A DNA stretch of 64,000 bases from contig NC_069001.1 of NCBI RefSeq assembly GCF_001194135.2, forward strand, positions 10,208,902 to 10,272,901, given 5' to 3'. Source of the stretch: Octopus bimaculoides (taxonomy: Eukaryota). The notes below the pieces were generated by a model, which did not search any database, was not told the origin of the DNA, and saw only the letters and a list, made by a program, of their open reading frames with translations. Positions 12,100 through 26,074 of the stretch are shown here, piece by piece. Position 1 is the stretch's first letter. Each line of letters starts with the position of its first letter. A program made the translations under genes and the position numbers.

Positions 12100-12418
12100 C
12101 GGGTTTCAGTTGCACAACGATGAAAACTTTTTCAAAACATTGCGTAGACGTGTGAGCAGGTATCACCAAGAATTTATCCAAATTTGATGCAGATTCTCTG
12201 CTCAGCTTTCTCTGTCATGTTCAATGCGACGATCACACGCTACACACTTTCCTTCAAAGCACCGCTGTAAACAACAGAATTGAGCTAGAACGTTAACACT
12301 TAGTGCACATATACAGAAGCGTGCGTTCAAAATCATTCTGTGCCAAGCGGCTTTGCTCTGCGTGCTATATCTTCGTTACTATGTCAACAAACCGGATACT
12401 TATTGATCAGACCACGTA
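12100..12418 (-). mobile_element. Mariner (Tc1/mariner) 5' end with TIR and decayed transposase N-terminus
   Basis: The minus strand starts TA-cgtggtctgatcaataagtatccgg (mariner-type TIR). From the ATG at 12218 it reads MTEKAEQRICIKFG*ILGDTCS; EQRICIKF is a typical mariner transposase N-terminal motif. Confidence 0.8.
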
Positions 12419-13128
12419 TGTGTACTAAATTTCCCCATCATAAACATTGTTGCCTTCCAAAGTTATATTTCTACATCATCAGTAGATAACCTGATGAAAC
12501 TTGAGTTTGATGAAACTCTAGGTGAGTTTTCAGAAACAACACCTACACTGGATATTTTAAGATTACAGTGGAAGTGAATTTTCTTTATTTTGTAAATGAA
12601 TATAATAAATGTATAAGCATACGGACAGTTCAATGGAGAGAGTAAAACTTATTCAGATAGCAACACAGAACCAGACAAAAATCATCGCTTTGGCAAATGC
12701 ATTATGGTCGCCGACTACATAAATGTATAGCATATATGAAGCTATAATTCTTCACATAAAATCTACACCTGTCTCTGACTATCTGCAGGGAGAAGTGCTC
12801 CTCGGAAAGGCCAAAGCTTGCATCAAAACACTTATAGCTACCATCGTACACTGCAAATAGTATTTGTTGTTCTAGAATCATTGAGCAGAGAAGGTTTGAC
12901 TTGATTTCAGATCATGACTGTCATTAGAATCTGTATGAGAATCTCCATAAGAACAATAACAGCAAAAATACAAAACATATTTATATAATCATTAAAAATA
13001 AAAGGGAAAATGAGTAAAATATTTATCATCGTCGTCATCATTATCATCATCATCAGCAGCAGCAGCACCGTTACCACCACCGTTATTGTCATCATGATCA
13101 ACATTATCATCATCACCACTCATCGTCG

Positions 13129-13466
13129 TGGCACTCCGTCGGTTAAGACGACGAGGGTTCCAGTTGATCCGATCAACGGAACCGTCTGCTCGTGAAATCA
13201 ACTTGTAAGTGGCTGAGCACTCCACAGACACGTGCACCCTTAACGTAGTTCTCGGGGAGATTCAGCGTGACACAAAATGTGACAAGGCTGACCCTTTGTA
13301 AAAGAGGTACAGCAGAAACAGGATGAACGTGTAAGAGAAAGTCGTGGTGGAAGAGTACAGCAGGGTTCGCCACCCCCACCCACTGCCGGAGCCTCGTGGA
13401 GATTTAAGTGTTTTCCCTTAATAAATACTCACAACGGTGCCCTAACCACTGGGCCATTGCGCCTCC
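13129..13466 (-). mobile_element. tRNA-derived SINE, family B, with internal deletion in head
   Basis: tggcactccgtcggttaagacgacgagggttccagttgatccgatcaacgg...ccactgggccattgcgcctcc. Confidence 0.9.
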
Positions 13467-14656
13467 ACATCATCAACACTACTACTAGCAAAATAATACG
13501 TCACCACCACCACCACCACTACCTCCGTCAGTTTCCTCCTACTCCTACAGCCCCACATCCTCCTCCTCCTCTTCATCATTGCCGTCGTCACCGTGATATT
13601 AATTCAGTATTTATTTCACCCAAACATTAGTAAGTTTTAGGTCAGCAACAGTTTAATAATTATAATAAATTACTTTCTCCATAATTAATGTTTATTTTAT
13701 ATGTTGTTTGTTAGCTTGTTTATTTATTTATTTATTTATCCTAATTTATTTTTTGTTTTAATTTGCAATTATATTATGATTTGTTTTCATATTATTATCA
13801 AAAATTAATTAATGAGACATTTAATTACAACTCTGTAGATTATTTAGACGGAGACGAATATTTATTTTAATAAAACGTCATTACCCCCAACCTTTTTTTT
13901 AATACAACCTAAATCACGTTTTAATTAATTTCAACAGTTTAAACTTTTCAAAGTTGATTTCGTATCTGCCATCTCGTCGAAGTTCTTTTGCATTTTATTA
14001 GAAAAAGAGAACAGCCACGGTCAAGGTTAGTGAAACCTTTGATGGCCGCTAATAGGAATTTTAAGAATTACTTTTATCCGTGTTAATAAGTTGATCCTAT
14101 AGCCTTGTTAATTATGGATAATGTTGTTGTTGTTGTTGTTTTGGTGGTGGTGGTGGCAGTGTTCGTGGCGGTGGTGGTATTTCGTAGTGCTGGTGGCGGC
14201 GGTAGCGGTGGTGGTGCCAGTGGTAGCTGTTATTGTAATAGTAGCAGCAGCATTTATAGATTTATATATATATATAAATGCGTGTGTGTGAGTGATTGTG
14301 TGCGCACGCACAAGTGTGTCTCTCGGTATATAGGCATATACGTATATGCACAAACACACATACACCTATATTATATATNNNNNNNNNNNNNNNNNNNNNN
14401 NNNNNNNNNNNNNNNNNNNNNNNNNNNNNNNNNNNNNNNNNNNNNNNNNNNNNNNNNNNNNNNNNNNNNNNNNNNNNNNNNNNNNNNNNNNNNNNNNNNN
14501 NNNNNNNNNNNNATATATATATGTCATGAGACAGAATGTTTGAACGGTTTTTGGCATTATCGATTCACCATTGCAAACGTTTCATTTGCTAATTGGAATT
14601 ATAAAGTTTTACATTTTATCTAAACATGTAAAAAAAGAATTCCATTACAAATTCTG

Positions 14657-14702
<46 letters not shown>

Positions 14703-15480
14703 TGCATGCACGCTGTGCTGTCATATAGTGGAGCTGTATAGTAGGTGTCAAATTTATCGGAATTTCCGACTAGTTTGGATATTGGTCCAAGTGTATCGGA
14801 TGCGTTGAAAGAGGAACTTAACTGATCGATTATTATCTCTATGGTGATTATAGATAGATAGATAGATAGATAAAAAAAGAAAGATAGATAGATTGATAGA
14901 TGGATGGATGAAGGGATAAATGGACGGATGGATGGATGGATAGAGGGACAGACAGGCAGACAGATATATAGATAGATAAACAGACAGACAGACAGACAGA
15001 AAGACGGACGGCTAAGTGGTATTGCTGTCTTTATCGTCGTTGTTGTCGTTGGCGGTGTTGATGTTGGTGTTTGTGGTGGTGCTGGTTGTTGTGGTGGTGG
15101 TTGTAGTGTCGGCGTAGGTAGCTGTGCCGGTTTGTTTCACGTAAGTTTCAGTTGATTTCAAGAATAAATATAAACTCATTAAATCTCATTAATTAAATAC
15201 GAACATTAAATGTAATTTAGCAATCCCAGCCAATTAGAAAAGTTTTCTCGAGTCAGCGATATAAATGTACTGTAATGACAAACCTAATTCGCACTAACAT
15301 ATATAGATAGATAGAGACATGTATGAATAGTAGGTATATATCTCTCTCTCCCTCTCTGCCCCTTCTCTCTCTCTCTGCTTATATATGTGCGTCTGTGTGT
15401 GTATGTATATCTCTTCATATTTATCTGTATATCTGTCCGTTTCTCTCTCTGTACACACGGGCACACATACGTATATATTT

Positions 15481-15624
15481 ATTTCTTTGTTGCCCACAAG
15501 GGAGGTGGCTAAACTTAGAGGGAACAAACGGGAACAGACAAAGGGCTTTTGGCGATTACATCGACCCCAGTGCATAACTGGTATTTATTTAATCGACCCC
15601 GAAAGGATGAAAGGCAAAGTCGAC
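15481..15624 (-). mobile_element. SINE family A 3' part (tail type 1)
   Basis: atttctttgttgcccacaagg...tcgaccccgaaaggatgaaaggcaaagtcgac. Confidence 0.85.
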
Positions 15625-15718
15625 ACATACATATATATTGGCATGTGTAACTGAATGTACAAAAGAAGTGAGTTTCTGGGGCTCGATATAGATATGTAAC
15701 AAATTATGAACGTATATA

Positions 15719-15794
<76 letters not shown>

Positions 15795-16428
15795 CACACA
15801 TANNNNNNNNNNNNNNNNNNNNNNNNNNNNNNNNNNNNNNNNNNNNNNNNNNNNNNNNNNNNNNNNNNNNNNNNNNNNNNNNNNNNNNNNNNNNNNNNNN
15901 NNNNNNNNNNNNNNNNNNNNNNNNNNNNNNNNNNNNNNNNNNNNNNNNNNNNNNNNNNNNNNNNNNNNNNNNNNNNNNNNNNNNNNNNNNNNNNNNNNNN
16001 NNNNNNNNNNNNNNNNNNNNNNNNNNNNNNNNNNNNNNNNNNNNNNNNNNNNNNNNNNNNNNNNNNNNNNNNNNNNNNNNNNNNNNNNNNNNNNNNNNNN
16101 NNNNNNNNNNNNNNNNNNNNNNNNNNNNNNNNNNNNNNNNNNNATTATTTTGTTTAAAGAAGTTCCAACACCGTCTGTTTTTTATGTTTTATTTATATTC
16201 CTGCAGAACTAATGTGGGGTATAGAATATGGAATATACAATATATAATATAATATACAATATAAAATAAATTAAAATAAATGGCACCATGAAAGAAAGTA
16301 TTGAATGTAGATGAAATATTGAGTGTTCAATATAAAGGATCAAATATATAAATATAAATATATAAAGGCGACTCGAGTTTCAGGGCTATTTCCCTTCGTC
16401 ATGGCCGGTATGACAGACTTTAACAGAC

Positions 16429-16467
<39 letters not shown>

Positions 16468-17129
16468 CTGCACGCATCTATAAATATGTGTGTGTGTGTG
16501 CCCTTGCCCCTGTATTTCTGTGTGGGTAAGTGGGGATGTAGGTGTGGTGTGTCTACGTGTGGTTGTGTATGTGTTAATGTGGATATCCGCTCGAATACCT
16601 GCACGAAAATATGATATCGCTATAATACACTAGCTGTCTCACTTCGTTATACAGATATATGGAACTCGACTTATATATGGAACACGTTCTATTTCAGATA
16701 GAAAATTATAAACATTCACGCCTTATAACACGCACACACTCTCAAACACATACACTGACACATTTATATATACATTTGCATACATACGTACACAATGTAG
16801 GAAATGTTAGCACATAAATGTGTGTGTATATTTACAAAAAAACTCACTAGTATTTAAATTGTAGAATTGATAATGTAGTAAAGTCATACATGTGTAACGA
16901 GAACAAATAAACTAGATATCTAATTGAAACAGAAACGTATAAATGTATTATCTTCGAAAGTAAAAGTTAAATTCAAAAAATAGGCAACCGAGAGCAAGAA
17001 CACGCTCCACTTGTTGGAAGTTAATACAGGATAGTGAACTAAAGCGTAACGTCATATAGACTTACAATGTTGATTTCCCCGTTTTTCATGGATTATATAT
17101 TCCCCGCCTGGACGGGGCATCGATCGGGC

Positions 17130-17245
17130 GCTGGACTGGAGCAATGCTCAAAAACACAACGCGTCTCCCGGTCCGAGCAATCGAAACTACGACGCTACCA
17201 TCATGAGTCCAACAACCTAATCACTCCGTCACCCGCCCTCAACAT
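17130..17245 (-). mobile_element. SINE family C head, degraded
   Basis: actggagcaatgctcaaaaacacaacgcgtctcccggtccgagcaatcgaaac...catgagtccaacaacctaatcact; similar to 59060-59186. Confidence 0.65.
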
Positions 17246-17409
17246 AGTGGAGGACAGTGACTGAAAGAAACGAGGAATTAGGAAGAGAAATTTCGTACAA
17301 CCTTGTGGATATGATGAGAAAAACGAGGGAATAATTGGTGGGTTGTAGCAGAAAGAAAGACAATCTGGACAACAGAGAAATGAGTGAGGAAACAGCAAGT
17401 AGAAATTAG

Positions 17410-17641
17410 CAGTGGCGAGCAGGCAGAAACGTTAGCACGCCAGGCGAAATGCTTAGCGGCGTTTCGTCTGCCGTTACGTTCTGAGTTCAAATTCCGCCGA
17501 GGTCGACTTTGCCTTTCATCCTTTCGGGGTCGATAAATAAAGTACCAGTTACGCACTGGTGTCGATGTAATTGACTTAATCCCTTTGTCTGTCCTTGTTT
17601 GTCCCCTCTATCTTTAGCCCCTTGTGGGCAATAAAGAAATA
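17410..17641 (+). mobile_element. SINE family A (tail type 1), full length, with 18-bp flanking direct repeat
   Basis: Young-looking copy. agaaattagcagtggcga occurs at 17401-17418 and 17642-17659. Confidence 0.9.
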
Positions 17642-17669
17642 AGAAATTAGCAGTGGCGAAGTTTGGAAA

Positions 17670-17760
17670 AGAGGTTAAGTGGATTAAATCGACGCCAGTG
17701 CTCGACTGGCATTTATTTATTTTTTTCGATCACCAAGTATGAAAGGCAAAGTCGATCTCA
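17670..17760 (-). mobile_element. SINE family A core fragment
   Basis: ttaaatcgacgccagtgctcgactggc...gtatgaaaggcaaagtcgatctc. Confidence 0.65.
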
Positions 17761-18695
17761 TCAAAATGTCTACTCGCAACGCATGGACAGACAAATGCCC
17801 CTAAACATTTGGCCCAGCGAGCCACCTACTCTGCCAACTAGCCACCCTGATTTGTATTTCTGTGAGAATAGATTATTAGTCTCAATTACCAGATCTTTTA
17901 AAACGTCCACGCATTGAACATTGAATTTTTAATAAGGCATTATATAATTAAGACGTAATGTATAATCCATACTTTTCCTAGGATAACATTACTGTGTTAT
18001 ATCATACAGAATCAAATTTGAGAAAACCTACCAACAGATGTTTAGTGCTTGATTCGTTTGTTTACACTGTTTCAGAAATTGTATTTAATCCGAACACATA
18101 TGAAGGATGTCATTCATAATTTACTCTAGCGCGGCTCTCAGAAATGAGATTTCCATTTAGCACATTTATTTTTTATTATGTGTGAACGACTGAAGTGTGG
18201 TTAAAATCTAGATGGTCATTCACTCTGCTACAAATAAGTAGTAAGTCTCATACAACAACATATATCTTAAAGAGTATCAAATAATATCAAAAACATTCTC
18301 CAACTTCCTGTTTTTTTTTCTTTTGCTATTTAATGACTCTGTTAACGATATTTCCAGAATGTTCAACTCTAATAGATACCTTATCTTCATGCAACAGCCA
18401 CGACATCTACACACTGGATTATAATACGGGAATAAGCAGATGTGCTTCAAGTAGACACAACTTGGATTTTACCCTACCTCTCAAGGTGTGCGGGAAAGTT
18501 CCTGCTTTGGGGTAAAAGAAAATAGAGCAGCATCAGTTGATGACGATTTTAGTCAACACATTCTCCTCTCACATTCACACACTTATTGCAGCGGTCCTTC
18601 AGTTTCTCTAATCCCTGTAAATTAACTTGGAAGGCTGGACTTCCAACTGGCTCTTTCACGATACCCTTAAAACGAGAATCATTTCAACCCAACTC

Positions 18696-18739
<44 letters not shown>

Positions 18740-18742
<3 letters not shown>

Positions 18743-19434
18743 CAAAAGCGCAATAGAGGACAATAAAACATTCAGACAGATAGACGATACAAAGCGGACA
18801 GGAGAAACAACAATTAGAACGACAAGGGGAAAAAGGAGGGGTCATTTGTGGCCTTCTTTCTTCAGTCAAGTTACCAGATATCCTTACTGTTTCGGCCAGT
18901 TACACTTGAGAGAGTTCGATCTGGTTGTCCCCAAAAAAGTCTAAGCTAAGAGCATTAGGTATTTTGTAAGAAAGTTAGCGAATGTGTTCGGCAAGAAAGA
19001 CAAAAAAGAAAAAATGGAGAACATGTTACACAATGACAAATATAATCAAGAATATAAATTGAGCTGGCGTGTATCAAGTGAAAGCCCAAAGGCAGGAACA
19101 TCAGTAGAAAGACACCTGTTGTTATATTCTTGTTATTTGTATTTCGAATTCTATACCATGTTCTCCGTTTTTTCCTTGTTGCCGTACACATTCGCTAGCT
19201 TTCTTACAAGAATTTAATGCTATTAGCGTATACTTCTTGGCGGGCAACCAAATCGAGCTGTCGCAGGTGTAAATGGCCAAGACAGTGAAGATATCTGCTG
19301 TCTTAATTGAAGAAAGAAGGCTACGAGTGACCCGTCCTTGTTTTTCCCTGTCATTCTAATTATTCTTTCTCCTGTCTGCTTTTGTATCATCTCTCTGTCC
19401 GTATGTATTATTGTACTCTATTACGCTTTTGTTC
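18740..19434. mobile_element. Foldback structure: two inverted copies (about 315 bp each) of one repeat, possibly Penelope-like ends
   Basis: 18740-19057 aligns to the reverse complement of 19122-19434 along its whole length (roughly 75-80% identity by eye). Spacer is 64 bp; (TA)n lies directly to the left. Confidence 0.7.
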
Positions 19435-19494
19435 CATTTTTTTATATTTATATACACATATAGCGGAGTGCATATATACCTGTGCTCACTATAT

Positions 19495-19555
<61 letters not shown>

Positions 19556-19557
19556 CA

Positions 19558-19632
19558 CACGACGGGTTTCTTTCACTTTCCGTCTACCAAATCCACTCAC
19601 AAGTCTTTGGTCGGCCCAAAGCTATAATAGCT
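19558..19632 (-). mobile_element. SINE family D fragment ending in its central microsatellite
   Basis: gacgggtttctttcactttccgtctaccaaatccactcacaagtctttggtcggcccaaagctata. Confidence 0.85.
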
Positions 19633-20469
19633 GCTTATATCACACACACACACACACGCCTGCATACAGTAATTATTATTTCGACTTTATGAATTTTAGT
19701 ATTTCATTCCTTCATTTAGTACAGATTTGGTGTGGTGATTACATACACAGCGATGTGTTCGTGTGAATATGTTCCTAATATCTAATACGTACGTGTGATA
19801 TGAAACGTGTTTGTGTATGCGATGTAAATGCAAACACTTAACTTTAAGTTGTACAGCCGATGCAATCAGCTAGACTAAATAAGTTCTGGCAAAATAGAGA
19901 GGTAGTTGAAGCGTTCTTACGAATGATTGACGTTTATCATCAGCTATTATTGCTTGCAATATCTCTACTAGTGGAAAGCGAATCACAGACAGCTTGTACA
20001 GTCACACAGCTCTCATAGAAACACACAACGACATTTGATCAACTTTCATACGGCGGAATTAAACGAGGCGATTATACAAAAGAAAGTTTCGCATATTAAA
20101 TTATTCTCAGTTTGTTATACAGGTCTTACGCTAACAAATTAATTGAATCAATTGGATGTGCTGGTCTATAATTACAGTAATAATCTAATGCAATCCCAAC
20201 CTTACTATGCACCTACTTACTAACCTACCTGTCCATCTTCACGCCAATCGCCAACACTGACGCCTACGTCAGCATCATGTCGAGCACAGGCATCAGTAAC
20301 AGCGTGATCACGATCAGCAGCAGTAGGTATTACTATCTTATAAGCTGCAGTAGCCATATCTGTCCTCTCATCCATCACCTATACGGAGATTTAACGAACA
20401 GAATATATCGTTAACCTGCATGTAACATTTGCTACTTAATTGAAAGGAAATCCACACAAGCGCAGTTAC

Positions 20470-20501
<32 letters not shown>

Positions 20502-20718
20502 GCAATTTTCTACCTGTATGTGAGTGTCAATATATATATATATATATATATATATANNNNNNNNNNNNNNNNNNNNNNNNNNNNNNNNNNNNNNNNNNNN
20601 NNNNNNNNNNNNNNNNNNNNNNNNNNNNNNNNNNNNNNNNNNNNNNNNNNNNNNNNNNNNNNNNNNNNNNNNNNNNNNNNNNATATACATATATAAATAC
20701 ATACATACACACACACAC

Positions 20719-20774
<56 letters not shown>

Positions 20775-20950
20775 TCAAATAAAGATTATTAATATATTAT
20801 GTAGAATAAGAAAATTAAAACAATTTAAACCTATATATTCGATTAAACAGAACACTGGAATGTATACTACGTATATGCAAGCATACGTATATACACACAT
20901 ATATGCGTGCGTTTGTGTGCATGTGTATTCATATACACACACACACACAC

Positions 20951-20987
<37 letters not shown>

Positions 20988-22123
20988 ATATAAGTACGAT
21001 AAATAGATTGGTAGATACATAAACTTACAAAATATATATATATGTGTGTGTGTTTATGTATGCATATATATGTAGATAGATAGATAGATAGATAGAAAGA
21101 GAGAGTTGCATACATGTACATGTATACAATGCGCTATACGCATGGTGTTATGGATATGATAACATGATAAAATGATATATCTATTATCGTATTAACTTAA
21201 CGGTTCCCGCAGCTGCCTCATGTGGAAATGAATTCGTCTATAGTTTATGAGGCTGGCTTTTAAACGGAGACAAATGAGTTATTGTCGTGTCATGTAGTCT
21301 GTAACTAGTAGTTGTAGCTCGATCATGAGGTTAAAATCATTAAATTTAGGGTTTTCATTAGACAACGATTGTAACATGGCCTTCTGCGTTTCTGACAGGA
21401 ATCGAAGTGGAAGTACTGTCATCATTTAGTTCGCAATGGAATGAATATTCGGTAATTTCTTAGATTAACTTAAGAGCAAAATGAGATAGTGTACACATGC
21501 ATCTATAGACAAGCACACGCGCGCACGCACACATTCACACACACATATATATATATACACGCACACACATCGCCATGTATACACGCACGTGCCTGCGCAC
21601 TCATACGCTAACAGGTTTTCACACGAACACGCACGTATACGGTCTTATGCATTTACAAGCCGTTGCACGCATGCTTTTACATTTAATGATAATATGCAAA
21701 CGCATAAATAGTCGCACGTTATATATATATATATATANNNNNNNNNNNNNNNNNNNNNNNNNNNNNNNNNNNNNNNNNNNNNNNNNNNNNNNNNNNNNNN
21801 NNNNNNNNNNNNNNNNNNNNNNNNNNNNNNNNNNNNNNNNNNNNNNNNNNNNNNNNNNNNNNNNNNNNNNNNNNNNNNNNNNNNNNNNNNNNNNNNNNNN
21901 NNNNNNNNNNNNNNNNNNNNNNNNNNNNNNNNNNNNNNNNNNNNNNNNNNNNNNNNNNNNNNNNNNNNNNNNNNNNNNNNNNNNNNNNNNNNNNNNNNNN
22001 NNNNNNNNNNNNNNNNNNNNNNNNNNNNNNNNNNNNNNNNNNNNNNNNNNNNNNNNNNNNNNNNNNNNNNNNNNNNNNNNNNNNNNNNNNNNNNNNNNNN
22101 NNNNNNNNNNNNNNNNNNNATAC

Positions 22124-22177
<54 letters not shown>

Positions 22178-22181
22178 ATAC

Positions 22182-22212
<31 letters not shown>

Positions 22213-22940
22213 GCCGTGATCGCATCCAAGACGGACATTTATTATATATAATTAAATATAGAATTATATGATATACGTCTTTCTACCAACACACGAACAC
22301 ACACACACACACACAAATAAATACACGTATATATATGTTTGTATTTGCAAGTAATTGTGAACATTTGCGTGTATTTAATATATAGTGGTTAAAAGTAAAA
22401 TATCAGTGGAGCTCCATTAATCGAGTTTCATGCCAATGAATGCAATCATCAGTGGAAGAGTGACCAAAAAGTTTCATTCGAATTAATGTTATTAAATAAT
22501 GGCCGCCATTGATAGTGTTGTCCTGCTAACATCCAGATTGATTCAATGATAGCATTTTTAAGAAGGAAGTAAACAAAAACTATGATTTATGTAACAGGTT
22601 CCTGCTCTTCGCCGGTGTTGAATGACATGTACAAATTATTAATCTTTAATTACTGTATATTAATAAATTTATGCTGCATGCGTAACGTCTGTAGATTTAA
22701 TTAATACATAGTGTAAGTAAAAAATAATATAGCCCGCCTTTGTCAGTGAATATGATCAAATGGCATGTACCAGGGTCCCGCTAATTGCTTCAGTGACATT
22801 TTATGCCCCTGATCCTGAGTAGTAAGCAAGCTGAAACCGGAAGCATATCTTTCCTAATACTCTTTAACTGCTATGTCATGGTGAGCCATAGCAATGTTCA
22901 GTATCCGAGCGAGTTACTGGAACTTAATATTTCATTGGTT

Positions 22941-23080
22941 TGGCAGAATCGTTAGATCGTCGGAAATTAACCTTACTGGTATTGCGTAAGGCTCTTTGCG
23001 TTCTTAATTTAATTCCCGGCGTGGTTAACTTTGCTTTTCATCACACGAGTTCGGTAACGAAAATTATCGTTCAGGTACTG
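22941..23080 (+). mobile_element. SINE family A, old/degraded
   Basis: tggcagaatcgttag...gcgttcttaatttaattcccggcgtggttaactttgcttttcatc. Confidence 0.6.
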
Positions 23081-24562
23081 TTTTCCAAAACTCTAAGCGC
23101 TTCAAGCCTTGCGCTTGTGTTAAACAGTCGGTTTTCCGAGTTTGATTAGGTGTATCGAGTTCTCTTCTCCGAGAATCCAGCTGCGATTAAGGTTCATATT
23201 GATGCCACCACATTCCACAAGGTCACAGTTTCATTGTGTTTAACGTTTTTTTGATGTCCTATACCCATATATGCATGTATGTATGCATATAGATGTAGGT
23301 ATATACATGTATGTATGGGTATATGTATATGTTTATATATTATTTATATTATTATATGATCGAACGCCACGCATCCTTTCCCAAGTAAGTTTTATATATA
23401 TGTACACGTGTATACATATGGAATAGGGAATACGTAACAACAATGACAACAACAGCACCGACAGCTGCAGCAGCCGGAGCAGCCGCAATAATAGTTATGG
23501 TTAAAATTTGTGTTCACAATCAGTTTGACGATACACAATTTTCAACGATCACAATATCATTCTGTTATAAGAAATGAATAATTGAACTGTCTATATTAGG
23601 AAATAAATGTAGCTATCGTCGTCATTATACTAAGAAATTAATTGAATCCGTTGTGTCCAGACGTAATTACAATAACAATAGAAAGCAGTATATATAAATA
23701 CATACATGCACATATATAAGATACATACATGCCTACTTACATACATACAACACACACATATAAACGTATATGTACATATATATGTACGTAGATATATGCA
23801 TATAATAGACATATATATACGTATATATATATGCATATATATGTATATATAAATATATATATATATGCATANNNNNNNNNNNNNNNNNNNNNNNNNNNNN
23901 NNNNNNNNNNNNNNNNNNNNNNNNNNNNNNNNNNNNNNNNNNNNNNNNNNNNNNNNNNNNNNNNNNNNNNNGGTATATACATATATATCTATGTATTTAT
24001 ACATATAGAGGGACACACATACATACACATTCCTACTTTAGCAACACTAACTTTAATCGAAGTAGCTGGACATTGGTAACACGAGGCAAATTAACAAAGG
24101 AGTATATGCAATTATTGTATTTGCTAGAAATAGCTGCCAAATCATGATCACGCCTCTTTTTATCGGTTGAATAGAGCAATAATATATTCGAATGACGTAG
24201 TACTCTGCACACGATGATTTAAAAAGCAATAATGAAATGGTATTGGCAATATTTAGATATTAACCTGGGCCTGAAGGAAACGCATCTGGAAAGATGGATG
24301 CATCAGCAGATATATTTGTAGATGCAATTCGTTTGTTTAATAATTTGAGTCTTTCTTACATAAACAGGCATCTGATGTATCTAAACCCGAGAATGGTTAG
24401 CTGAACTAAGGCATGGTTTGTGTGCATAATCATGCTTCTTTTGCCTATGATAAACAATGAAATAATTTGATGTCTATATAAAACGCAAGGGAAGATTTAC
24501 GATGGGCGGTTAAAATAGCGGAAACATCATCATCATAAAAAAGAAGAAGAAGAAGAAGAAGT

Positions 24563-24850
24563 AATCGAGTTGCCTGCTAACCCCCAAATCGCTGGCCTTG
24601 TGCCAAATTTTGAAATTATTATTTATTAACGCAAACACAGCGAACGAGCAGAATCGTTAGTACACCGGTTAAATGTTTAGCGTTATTCTGTCAGTCCTTA
24701 CTTTCTGTGTTCAAATTCCGACCTGGTCGACTTCGCTTCCATCCTTTCGGGATCTATACAATGAGTACTAGTAGAACACTGGGATTGGTGTATTCGACTT
24801 ACACTTCACCCAGAAATCACTGGAGTTGTGCAGAAATTTGAAACGAATAC
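24563..24850 (+). mobile_element. SINE family A: tail fragment followed by a degraded full copy
   Basis: cccccaaatcgctggccttgtgccaaattttgaa (24580-24615), then gcagaatcgttagtacaccgg...gttcaaattccgacctggtcgacttcgcttccatcctttcggg. Confidence 0.7.
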
Positions 24851-26035
24851 TTATCAAAAGAAATGCGCCTAGACCCACTTCATTGAAATCTTAATTTGGT
24901 TTAATTTATCCCCTTCGTGTTATATCATGATGACGATTTCTAATAAGGATGAAATGGCGTTATTTTTGAGTATTTACAATTAAAACTTTTAAGGTCTTTG
25001 TAATGTGTAAACAAAAAAAATATTTTTGTATACTATGCATCTTCTTCTTTGGTCTTTGATTTAAATTTCAAACTTCAAATCTCTTTTATCTCGAAATCCT
25101 TATCTACGTTAAAACAACTGACCACCAGATCACAACATCTATATATAAAAATGCTTCTCTAACTCAATTGCAGACCAAATCTCACAAGAATCTCATTGCT
25201 TCAGTTCTTTCATTTACAATTAATTATTAGAAGATTCATTAATATGAATCCGAAATATGCACAGAAAATCAGTTATAAGTTTTTCACTTACATCAAGTAT
25301 TATGTTTGTCTTCTGTAGTTCCCTTTACGATGTGTGTAGTACCTATGGGTAGATATCATATAACTATGATTGGACGGTCCTGAACATAAACATCAGTCTA
25401 ATGGTTTCTTGTGTTATGGGTTATTTAGTGAATGCTAATCCAATTGGTTTCTCAAATTCAGGTCAATGTTTTAGCTTCATTTTCCCTCTCACGCTTTTAT
25501 AAATTGCTACACGTTTATGTACATCCATTCGTTCGAAAAAGTGAATAATAATGTCTTTATGAATACATACGAAGATACATACATACATACATGCATACAC
25601 ACGTGTATATGACTATATTTATCTATACATATTTATATATGTATATACACATACATATATACGTACATATATGCATGCATATATATACACGTATGTACAT
25701 ACACACTCACACACACATGTATATACACGTGAATATGCAGAGAGCAATAGGCAAGATCAGGTATATACTCTTGTATATATTTAAAAATATATGCGTATGT
25801 GTGTGTATGTTTGTATGTATATATACAGATATGATTGTACACACACACGTGCGTGTGTGATTGTATATAGATAGATATGTAGACAGATAGGTAGATATAT
25901 AGAGAGATAGATAGACAGATATATAGAGAGATAGATAGACAGATAGATAGAGAGACAGAAAGATAAAAAGATAGATCGATGAATATATACATAAACATAA
26001 ACATATCTATGTATATTACCATATGCGCATTTGCT

Positions 26036-26074
<39 letters not shown>

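Noticed and set aside
12768-12850. Minus-strand peptide YDGSYKCFDASFGLSEEHFSLQIV resembling an Ig F-G strand
   Set aside because: Weak splice sites, asymmetric phases, and no upstream Ig B/C-strand sequence in frame.
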